A DNA stretch of 19,119 bases, taken from the IMG/VR virus record IMGVR_UViG_2529292923_000023. One strand, 5' to 3'. Position numbers and translations under genes: made by a program. Every line of letters starts with the position of its first letter. The stretch's first letter is position 1. The notes under the pieces were generated by a model. That model saw nothing but the letters and a program-made list of their open reading frames with translations. It was not told the DNA's origin and made no database searches. Below, piece after piece: positions 1-7,128 of this stretch. The stretch is from a virus (lineage: Duplodnaviria; Heunggongvirae; Uroviricota; Caudoviricetes).

Positions 1-1260
1 ATGCCAAAACTCACAGATATGCAGATCCGCGCATGGATAAAGGCGGGAGACAGATTTGATGGCAAGGCAGACGGCAACGGCCTTTATATTTGCTACCCCA
101 AAAACTACACAGCCCCGTTCTGGCGATTCCGCTATAAGCTCGCAGGAAAGCAGCGGGCTATGGTTATAGGCTCTTACTCCGAACTGTCACTATCAAAAGC
201 CAGAGAAACAGCAAAAGAGCTGTCAGCCAGAGTTGCTCTTGGCTATGACGTAGCAGCAGAGAAACAGGAACGAAAAGCTGAAGCACTGGCAAAAATGGAG
301 GCTGAGAAAAACGCCATGCGTGTTTCAGATCTGGCCTCCGAATACTTCGAGCGCCAGATACTTCCGAGATGGAAACATCCCGATATCCTTCGCCGGAGAA
401 TTGATAAGGATATTAACCCCTGCATTGGGCATATGAAGGTAGAGGACGTTAAGCCACGCCACATTGACGACATGTTGAAAGGTATCGTTGACCGAGGAGC
501 ACCAACGATAGCAACAGATGTATTACGCTGGACACGCCGTATCTTTGACTACGGGATAAAACGCCACGCTCTGGAGATAAACCCTTGTTCAGCGTTTGAA
601 GTATCTGATGCTGGTGGTAAAGAGGTTTCCCGCGACCGTTGGCTAACTCGCGATGAGCTTATCAGGCTATTCGAGGCTATGCGCACCGCAAAAGGATTCA
701 GCCGCCAGAACGAACTGACATTTAAGCTATTGCTGGCACTATGCGTTCGTAAGATGGAGTTATGCGCCGCACGATGGGAAGAGTTTGATTTAGATGGTGC
801 GGTATGGCATTTGCCGGAAGAACGCAGCAAAAACGGAGACCCTATTGATATACCTCTACCTTCCCCAGCCGTTGAATGGTTGAGAGAGCTACACACCTTT
901 TCATGTAATAGCGCATGGGTGCTTCCAGCCAGGAAGATGCAAAACAGAATGATCCCACATATTCAGGAAAGCACTTTGCCCGTAGCACTGGCTAAGGTTC
1001 GCGCCGAAATGCCGGATGTGCCTAATTTCACGATTCACGACTTCCGACGCACCGCACGTACTCATTTAGCAGCGTTGGGTGTTGATCCTGTCGTGGCGGA
1101 ACGATGCCTCAATCATCGCATTAAGGGCGTAGAGGGGATTTATAACCGCCATCAGTATTTTGATGAGCGTAAAGCAGCACTGGCACAGTGGGCTGATCTG
1201 CTGGTGGCACTGGAAAGCGGAAAAGACTACAACGTAACGCCTCTCAGAAGGGCGAACTAA
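1..1260 (+). CDS. int: Tyrosine recombinase/integrase, P4-type (window begins at its start codon; attL/tRNA target would lie upstream, outside the window)
   Basis: 419-aa ORF. N-terminal arm-binding region typical of P4-family integrases (LTDMQIRAW...GNGLYI...WRFRYKLAGK). C-terminal catalytic region with HDFRRTARTHL (His-x-x-Arg) and a Tyr near the C-terminus (GIYNRHQY). Followed by an AlpA/Vis gene as in P4-like elements. Confidence 0.9.
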   Translation: MPKLTDMQIRAWIKAGDRFDGKADGNGLYICYPKNYTAPFWRFRYKLAGKQRAMVIGSYSELSLSKARETAKELSARVALGYDVAAEKQERKAEALAKMEAEKNAMRVSDLASEYFERQILPRWKHPDILRRRIDKDINPCIGHMKVEDVKPRHIDDMLKGIVDRGAPTIATDVLRWTRRIFDYGIKRHALEINPCSAFEVSDAGGKEVSRDRWLTRDELIRLFEAMRTAKGFSRQNELTFKLLLALCVRKMELCAARWEEFDLDGAVWHLPEERSKNGDPIDIPLPSPAVEWLRELHTFSCNSAWVLPARKMQNRMIPHIQESTLPVALAKVRAEMPDVPNFTIHDFRRTARTHLAALGVDPVVAERCLNHRIKGVEGIYNRHQYFDERKAALAQWADLLVALESGKDYNVTPLRRAN

Positions 1261-1355
1261 CTGAATAGATTGAGCCTAGCTCGACGGGGCGAAAAGCGGG
1301 AAGCCTTACCGCCTGGCTCAATCACAAAATAAGGCGCAGCGTAAAAGGTGACGCA

Positions 1356-2321
1356 ATGAACGACTCTCATGAAACAACAGTGGTGCATAGAAATTTATGG
1401 CAGGAATCAGGTATTCCACCTTTGGACTACTGCACGATAGAGCGAGCATCAAAATTATTAAATTGTGAAATTGATGATATATGGCATTGGAAAGATAGAC
1501 TACATATAGACTTTTATGTCTATGCTGACTTTCTTGATTTCATTGAATCTGATGCCACCATCCACTTCAAAAAAGATGCTAATTTTATAACTGATTTATT
1601 ACTTATGTACCCAGAAGAAGTAAGGTTTACATTTCCTTTTCTTATTACCAGCGCAAGCAACGAAGTTTATATCCCAGCATCTGAAAGCGGTGCTTATGAG
1701 CTATTTTATGCACATAAACCACTGACAGTTGAAGACAGCGACAATAAAAATGTTTTTGAACAAATTGGCAAAAACTCTTTTATTGTAAGAAAATCAATTG
1801 CATGTGGATTGTTGCGTGTACGCGGTAGAACAACACGACATTATCATTCACAAGAATGTGGAGAACCATATGTGCGACTTGAAGCAACATTTGATTGTGA
1901 TCTATATAAATTCAAAATGCAAAGTTCCCAAATTCACCTGAGTAGCCTGTCAGATAAAAACATTTATATAACAAAGGCTGATTTAGAATACCTTCATGAC
2001 GCAAAGGTTAATGGAAGTTTTGACGCAGCTAAGAGCAAAAAACGATACGAAATGGCGGTAGAACAGGAACTAATACCTGAAATAAAAAATAGCAACCATA
2101 ATGCCGAGAGACATGCTGAAAACAGGGAAAAACTTTTCAAATCTGCAATATATCTTTTGTCAAAGTATCCTGATGAATGCCGTGGCAAAAAGAAAGAAAT
2201 AAGCCCTGAGAAGTGGCGGGATTGCATAGTGGCTCATAAAGACGAAATTCCACCGTTAGCAATCACAAATGAAGATGTGATTTTGAGACACTTACGTGCT
2301 GCCGCCAACGGTAAGGGGTAG
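1356..2321 (+). CDS. Hypothetical protein, AT-rich cargo gene (321 aa), unknown function
   Basis: Intact ORF with AAGGTG Shine-Dalgarno 8 nt upstream of ATG. Visibly lower GC than flanking int and alpA. Followed by a strong intrinsic terminator, so monocistronic. No recognisable motif; placement between int and alpA matches the position of accessory/cargo genes in P4-like islands. Confidence 0.6.
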   Translation: MNDSHETTVVHRNLWQESGIPPLDYCTIERASKLLNCEIDDIWHWKDRLHIDFYVYADFLDFIESDATIHFKKDANFITDLLLMYPEEVRFTFPFLITSASNEVYIPASESGAYELFYAHKPLTVEDSDNKNVFEQIGKNSFIVRKSIACGLLRVRGRTTRHYHSQECGEPYVRLEATFDCDLYKFKMQSSQIHLSSLSDKNIYITKADLEYLHDAKVNGSFDAAKSKKRYEMAVEQELIPEIKNSNHNAERHAENREKLFKSAIYLLSKYPDECRGKKKEISPEKWRDCIVAHKDEIPPLAITNEDVILRHLRAAANGKG

Positions 2322-2337
2322 AGTAGCTAACTATTCA

Positions 2338-2365
2338 GGCACAGTATCATTACTGTGCCTTTTTA
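2338..2365 (+). terminator. Rho-independent terminator after the 321-aa cargo gene
   Basis: GGCACAGTA-tcatt-TACTGTGCC perfect 9-bp stem followed by TTTTTATT. Confidence 0.6.
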
Positions 2366-2435
2366 TTGTTCATATATGTACAGATACTTCCTCCCGTAAC
2401 GAAGCAACAACTATCGCTAAGAGGTTACGGGAAGC

Positions 2436-2639
2436 ATGAACACCGACACTATTCCTACAAAAGGCTATATCAGACGCTTCCGCCTGGCTGAATTGCTGGG
2501 CGTTAGTGTATCCACCATCGACCGTAAAGTAAGAAACGGTTCACTACCACGTCCGGTAAAGCTGGGAGAAAAAATAACTGCGTTTGATGCGGTTGAGATT
2601 CACAACTGGCTGGCAGAACGCCGCGGGAAGGTGGCCTGA
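2436..2639 (+). CDS. alpA: AlpA/Vis-family transcriptional regulator / excisionase-like HTH protein
   Basis: 67 aa; the motif LPRPVKLGEKITAFDAVEIHNWL matches the AlpA/P4 Vis family signature (FPRPVKI..R.VGW...I..WL). Position directly after the integrase-proximal cargo gene. An 8-bp inverted repeat (CCCGTAAC at 2393-2400, GTTACGGG at 2424-2431) lies in the leader. Confidence 0.8.
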   Translation: MNTDTIPTKGYIRRFRLAELLGVSVSTIDRKVRNGSLPRPVKLGEKITAFDAVEIHNWLAERRGKVA

Positions 2640-3070
2640 TGGAAAAGAAAAACCGCCCATTACAGGCGGCTAATTCAGATATTCGCGTATCTGATGTTAC
2701 GCCCCTGACAAAATCCCTTCAAGCACCAAAGCGCACACCGAAAAAGCATCGTGCCAGAGTCTATATGCTGCGTACTGGTATAGAGGGATGGACAGAAAAT
2801 GACATTCTTCGCTACTGCCGTCTGTCTTCTGGTCGTAACTATGCAACAGAGTTAGAACGCCAGCTTGGAATCACTCTGGAGCGTATCGACGAAAAGAATC
2901 CTGATGGTATCGGAACACACCTTCGCTACCGTTTCTCCTGCCGTGGTGATGTTCTGAAAGTGATCACTCATGTTAACCATCTTGCGAACATAAATGATCA
3001 CAACGGACTTTCTCAGCAGGAAATTGCCGACATTCTGAAACTCTACCCGAACGCGTTTAACGCCGCCTAA
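2639..3070 (+). CDS. Hypothetical protein (143 aa)
   Basis: ATG overlaps the alpA stop (ATGA-type coupling); same-strand operon context; no recognisable motif. Confidence 0.55.
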   Translation: MEKKNRPLQAANSDIRVSDVTPLTKSLQAPKRTPKKHRARVYMLRTGIEGWTENDILRYCRLSSGRNYATELERQLGITLERIDEKNPDGIGTHLRYRFSCRGDVLKVITHVNHLANINDHNGLSQQEIADILKLYPNAFNAA

Positions 3071-3082
3071 CGGAGACTGAAA

Positions 3083-3916
3083 ATGAACATCGAAAAAAGC
3101 AGATTAATTTCTGAGGCCGCCCCTCATCTGAACGCCTCTCTGGGCACAATTAACGGTAATGAATTTGCCGCAATTGTCCCGGTTATTCCTGGTCATATCG
3201 GTGGGCGTGAAACCAATATTGTTAGCGCAAAAGCGTTACACAAAGCGTTGGGCGTGGGAAAAGACTTCTCTACATGGATCACTGATCGCATCTCTGAATA
3301 TGACTTCACCATTGGGCACGATTACTCAGTCCATAAAACAATTTCCCCAAATTTGGGGAAAAGCCCGAATGGCGCGGCTTACAGCAAGATAAAGCACTCT
3401 GGCAGACCCGGCAAAGACTATCTGTTAAGTGTCGGAATGGCGAAAGAACTGGCAATGATCGAACGCAATGATCAGGGTCGCGCTATCCGCCGTTATTTCA
3501 TCCAGTGCGAGGAAGAATTACAGCGTACCGTGCCTGAAATCGCCGCCCGCTATCGTCGCCAGCTAAAAGCCCGTATTAGTGCCGCAAACAACTTTAAGCC
3601 AATGTGCGATGCGCTGAATATGGCCCGTGCCGAGATGGGGAAAATGACGCAGCAACACCACTACACAAACGAGAGCAATATGATTTCTCGTATCGTTCTT
3701 GGTGGGCTAACTGCTAAGCAGTGGGCGCGGATAAATGGCTATTCTGGCGAACCTCGCGACCATATGAACGCAGAACAGCTTGAGCACCTCTCATATCTCG
3801 AAAGCACCAATATCACGTTAATTGATATGGGCATGGAATATGAGCAGCGCAAAGGAGAACTCACCCGCCTGTCGCAACGCTGGCTCGCCAAGCGTCTGGA
3901 GGCGCTCAATGTCTAA
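3083..3916 (+). CDS. Phage antirepressor-like protein (AntA/AntB-type N-terminal domain with C-terminal KilA-C-like region)
   Basis: 277 aa; GGAGA Shine-Dalgarno; the segment NIVSAKALHKALGVGKDFSTWITDRISEYDFTIGHDY resembles the AntA antirepressor domain signature recalled from phage Ant proteins. Confidence 0.65.
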   Translation: MNIEKSRLISEAAPHLNASLGTINGNEFAAIVPVIPGHIGGRETNIVSAKALHKALGVGKDFSTWITDRISEYDFTIGHDYSVHKTISPNLGKSPNGAAYSKIKHSGRPGKDYLLSVGMAKELAMIERNDQGRAIRRYFIQCEEELQRTVPEIAARYRRQLKARISAANNFKPMCDALNMARAEMGKMTQQHHYTNESNMISRIVLGGLTAKQWARINGYSGEPRDHMNAEQLEHLSYLESTNITLIDMGMEYEQRKGELTRLSQRWLAKRLEALNV

Positions 3917-4088
3917 GCCAACAGGAACACCACAACCACAAAAACGCTACAAAGATGCCCACGGAGCACTCGTTACTGTCGAAAGCGTGTCTCACAACCG
4001 AGTGACGTTTTATCGCGACGGGTATCAATCGCCATGCGTACAACCGCTGGCGCGTTTCATGAAGGAGTTCGCGGAGGTTAACCAATGA
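3909..4088 (+). CDS. Small hypothetical protein (59 aa), possibly a DUF4222-like phage protein
   Basis: In-frame ATG at 3909 overlapping the upstream stop (ATGTCTAA); the ORF track's longer 3822 start lies inside the upstream gene. Motif VTVESVSHNRVTFYRDGY is reminiscent of small prophage DUF proteins. Confidence 0.5.
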   Translation: MSKPTGTPQPQKRYKDAHGALVTVESVSHNRVTFYRDGYQSPCVQPLARFMKEFAEVNQ

Positions 4089-5152
4089 TACCCGTCCAGA
4101 AGAAGACATTTTCACTGGCTGGTATGTCGCCAAAATCCAGCAATATGACGGCAAAGTCAGGCATTAATACAGCAGATACAAGCAAAGTTTATCATTTGCT
4201 GGTGGTCGGAACGGATGCCTTAACCATACCAGAAATCTCGGGCGATGATATTAGCATTGAGAAGGTCAGCGGCTGCGCCAGAAAATTTCTGGTCGTAGAT
4301 GATGTCTTCCGCTCGCGTAGTGACTCCACAAAAACCTTCATCCGCGCGCGTGACGTTAACGAAATGAGCGCGATGTACTGTGCATCTGGTGCTTCCAATA
4401 GCGAGTTTTCGGAGTCCATAAAAAAGAGCTTGCCGTTATGCGGCAACACGGTTTATGGTTATAAGGCACCTCATAAAACGGGTGCCGGGATTGGCGTCCT
4501 GGTAAATCGAATGGCGACATATGACGCGCCGAGCGTCTTTTTTTATGTCGTAGGTCTGACTCACCCATTTTTTGGGCGTTGGTGTATAATCCAGCGCCTT
4601 TGTCAATCAATGGTGGCTCAGGCAGGGGCTTCTTCGGAAGCGCCGGTATCCATTCGAGCCGGTTACGCCAACCCTGTCTGGGCTACCACCAGCGAAATTG
4701 GCGTTTCCGGTGGTAGCGTTACATGCTATCGAATGGAGGCTGCCACATGCTGGCTACTACCCCTACCCAAAAACCGCAATTTATCTGGATTATCGCCGCA
4801 GTTCGCCGCGATTGCCCGACAATTACCGCCAGAATTCATCATATTGCTGCCGAGTCTGAACGCGATGCTCGCCGTTCTCTGGTGCGCGATCACGTCTGCT
4901 TTTTTGCTGGTCGTATCCGCATGGAGGTGGCACATGATTAAAACCTACGATGTGCATATGGATCCCCTCGAACGCACAAGCCAGATCATCACACTGACAG
5001 AAGTGATTAACGACATTCTGGTGAGCAACTCTCCCTCACGAGACGAAAGACTGAAGGCGTTACTCGCGATATTGGATCTCGCCGTTCGTGACGTTCATTT
5101 CCTGCTGGAAGGTGGCGAAATGCCAGTAAAAACGGGGGCAACCAATGAATAA
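4085..5152 (+). CDS. Long stop-free ORF (355 aa), probably composite: a possible N-terminal coding part, an internal likely non-coding structured region, and a real small 3' gene (MIKTYD..., start 4934)
   Basis: ATGA overlap with the upstream stop supports the 4085 start. Between about 4560 and 4930 this frame uses rare codons (CTA CTA CCC CTA, TTA, CGA, AGG) and gives W/C-rich implausible peptide, while a different frame (4747-4941) has good codon usage and a GGAGG Shine-Dalgarno. The ATG at 4934 also has a GGAGG Shine-Dalgarno. True gene structure is uncertain. Confidence 0.3.
   Translation: MIPVQKKTFSLAGMSPKSSNMTAKSGINTADTSKVYHLLVVGTDALTIPEISGDDISIEKVSGCARKFLVVDDVFRSRSDSTKTFIRARDVNEMSAMYCASGASNSEFSESIKKSLPLCGNTVYGYKAPHKTGAGIGVLVNRMATYDAPSVFFYVVGLTHPFFGRWCIIQRLCQSMVAQAGASSEAPVSIRAGYANPVWATTSEIGVSGGSVTCYRMEAATCWLLPLPKNRNLSGLSPQFAAIARQLPPEFIILLPSLNAMLAVLWCAITSAFLLVVSAWRWHMIKTYDVHMDPLERTSQIITLTEVINDILVSNSPSRDERLKALLAILDLAVRDVHFLLEGGEMPVKTGATNE
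4747..4941 (+). CDS. Small hypothetical protein (64 aa)
   Basis: GGAGG 7 nt upstream of ATG; enterobacterial-like codon usage (CGC, CTG, GAT, GCC); stop overlaps the next small gene's start region. Confidence 0.35.
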   Translation: MLATTPTQKPQFIWIIAAVRRDCPTITARIHHIAAESERDARRSLVRDHVCFFAGRIRMEVAHD

Positions 5153-5339
5153 CTCAATTAATACCCCTCGCCTTACGTCCGCACTTCAATTAATCGAGCA
5201 AGCAGCGGCTGTCCTGGTTGCTGTCAGTCTTTCGGCTGAAGAAATGGACGCTACTGATGTCGTGGATGCGATTAAAGCGTGCTCATCTTTGGTTAACGAT
5301 GCCCGTGCAGAGCTGGTAATTCTTGGGGGTGAAAAATGA
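5145..5339 (+). CDS. Small hypothetical protein (64 aa)
   Basis: ORF with upstream GGGGG Shine-Dalgarno-like run; start overlaps the preceding stop; part of a co-directional coupled operon upstream of the primase. Confidence 0.55.
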   Translation: MNNSINTPRLTSALQLIEQAAAVLVAVSLSAEEMDATDVVDAIKACSSLVNDARAELVILGGEK

Positions 5340-5599
5340 ATATCAACTTAATTTATCGTCATCCGTGTGAGCTGGAAATTGAATCATTGCTGAGCCGTGA
5401 AGAACCATATCCAGACACATTCACTCTTGCAGATCGCACGACTGAACGGCTTACCAGAGCGCGCACAGGTCTGGTTCATGTGATGAATGAGATTCTTCCA
5501 TCGGTGGGAGGGGAACAGGCGACAGTAATCACTAGCTGGCTACAAAAAGTTACCTCTCTGATAGATATCAGTTTAATCGATGCGGAGAGTGCGAAATGA
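5336..5599 (+). CDS. Small hypothetical protein (87 aa)
   Basis: ATGA overlap with the upstream gene; GGGGGTGA Shine-Dalgarno. Confidence 0.55.
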   Translation: MNINLIYRHPCELEIESLLSREEPYPDTFTLADRTTERLTRARTGLVHVMNEILPSVGGEQATVITSWLQKVTSLIDISLIDAESAK

Positions 5600-5817
5600 C
5601 CAACATCCAGCTCATTGAAGCGCAATGTCGCATCGAACAGGTTCAGACTGTTTTAGGGTTCTGGCTTGAAGGGGCCAGCCCCAGCAACAGAGACAAGTTA
5701 ATGATTGGCGCGGTTATGTCACTGCTCAATGGCGTACCAGAAGCTATTCAGGAAGCAGACGAATTGTTGGGCAAATATGAGTTACAGAATCATTCAGGCG
5801 AGGCGAAACATGAATAA
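5596..5817 (+). CDS. Small hypothetical protein (73 aa)
   Basis: ATGA overlap with the upstream gene; GGAGAG Shine-Dalgarno. Confidence 0.55.
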   Translation: MTNIQLIEAQCRIEQVQTVLGFWLEGASPSNRDKLMIGAVMSLLNGVPEAIQEADELLGKYELQNHSGEAKHE

Positions 5818-6412
5818 TTTCTTAACTTTCCAGGCAGAAGCAACGCCTGACGGCGTAAACATCATGCACCGCAGCAACGATGGCATGACAGAACGCGTTG
5901 AGACCGTCTCATATATTGATGCCGTAAATCGTCTGGATGCCGGGGATTATGACGATAAACCAGATGAAGGTATGTCAATACATCTCGCTATTGCCGATGG
6001 CGGCAACCAGGGATATTTCGATTACACATCACAGCATAACGTCATTATGTGGAGATGGTTGATCGCAACAGTATTCATGCTGGAAATGAGAGAGGAAAAC
6101 GGCACTGTCAGCATCATTGATGATACTGGCAATCCTTCCGAAGTGGCTGTTTATTCCAACGGCATCGTCGCCATGCCGCTGTATCCAGTAGCAGAGCGCC
6201 TCGCTATGGCAAACAACATTGAGGGCGCGATGATAGAACGTTTTGGCATCGAGTCTGGCACAGAACGCTCCATCATTTTCTACAGAGCCATGATGGATGT
6301 GGAACAAGGAGCACTGACTCCATTTGGTCGTGAAACGCTTGCTGAACTTCACAACAGCTTTATAGCTGAACTGAATGAAAACGGCATGCCATCGGAACCA
6401 GTGACGCACTGA
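5810..6412 (+). CDS. Hypothetical protein (200 aa from ATG 5810; ORF track gives a longer 5705 start inside the upstream gene)
   Basis: ATG at 5810 preceded by a GAGG Shine-Dalgarno and overlapping the upstream stop by 8 nt; acidic protein with no recognisable motif. Confidence 0.55.
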   Translation: MNNFLTFQAEATPDGVNIMHRSNDGMTERVETVSYIDAVNRLDAGDYDDKPDEGMSIHLAIADGGNQGYFDYTSQHNVIMWRWLIATVFMLEMREENGTVSIIDDTGNPSEVAVYSNGIVAMPLYPVAERLAMANNIEGAMIERFGIESGTERSIIFYRAMMDVEQGALTPFGRETLAELHNSFIAELNENGMPSEPVTH

Positions 6413-6422
6413 GGATGGAACC

Positions 6423-6764
6423 ATGATTACTAAAAATTTCCGACTGAATGCGCTGGCAAATAAGTATGCGTCAGCACTGTATAACCACATTACCTCCACC
6501 AGCGGCGGGGACTATTTCATGATTGATGCGGACGGAGAGGCCGTACGTGTGGAAATCGTCAATGGAGTAAAAGGCGTTCGCAGCCTGATCGATAGTTACG
6601 CACTGGCAGCCATGAAAGTGTTCTACCCGCAGTGGGAAACCGTGGGGATCGAGCTTCTTGATCGTTGCGTCACTAAGGACAGATTGACTGACGTCGGGCG
6701 TGAGATATGGCAAAGCATGGTTAATGACATGGGCGCAACTGTAGCGGGAGGTTCTCATGCGTGA
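6423..6764 (+). CDS. Hypothetical protein (113 aa)
   Basis: GAGGA Shine-Dalgarno 7 nt upstream of ATG; operon context. Confidence 0.6.
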   Translation: MITKNFRLNALANKYASALYNHITSTSGGDYFMIDADGEAVRVEIVNGVKGVRSLIDSYALAAMKVFYPQWETVGIELLDRCVTKDRLTDVGREIWQSMVNDMGATVAGGSHA

Positions 6765-7128
6765 AAATGCAGAAATGGCGCTTAGCTCCGCAATCGGAGA
6801 GCAGGTGGCAAAGATTGCTGGTGCTGTGTGGATTCATAACCTTCATTCTACTGGTGAAGAGAAAATGGCAATTCAGACGCCAGAGGGACGCACTATTACT
6901 ACATCTCTGAAGCCGTCAGATGTTTGTGATCTGATTTGCGCATTCATGTACCCAGCAATGAGGACTGTCCACGGCGATAAGTGGAAACTTGCGACAACCG
7001 CTGAATTTGATATGTGGCTAAACAATGATGGCATGCTGACTGATTACGGAATAACCAAGTGGCAGATGCTGGTTAGCCATATCGCAAACGCTATAGACCA
7101 CGTGGGGTACGGTGATGCGAAACATTGA
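6757..7128 (+). CDS. Hypothetical protein (123 aa)
   Basis: GGGAGG Shine-Dalgarno; start overlaps the upstream stop; immediately precedes and overlaps the primase gene. Confidence 0.6.
   Translation: MRENAEMALSSAIGEQVAKIAGAVWIHNLHSTGEEKMAIQTPEGRTITTSLKPSDVCDLICAFMYPAMRTVHGDKWKLATTAEFDMWLNNDGMLTDYGITKWQMLVSHIANAIDHVGYGDAKH

Noticed and set aside
243-896. Minus-strand ORFs (243-473, 549-896) inside the integrase gene
   Set aside because: They are antisense and fully embedded in a well-supported integrase CDS, with no ribosome-binding site and implausible composition. The same reasoning rejects other embedded antisense or alternate-frame ORFs (1994-2227, 3159-3392, 6029-6499, 6471-6758, 7325-7510, 7686-7959, 8218-8894, 9086-9617, 10734-11045, 11321-11506, 11905-12420, 12590-12802, 13738-14079, 15037-15255, 16573-16993, 18595-18798).
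4192-4610. Minus-strand ORFs 4192-4449 (GTG start) and 4356-4610 as a possible leftward repressor (Stl-like) gene
   Set aside because: No ATG with a Shine-Dalgarno; the translations are Arg/Ser-rich and implausible; the + strand has better coding signal in this interval.
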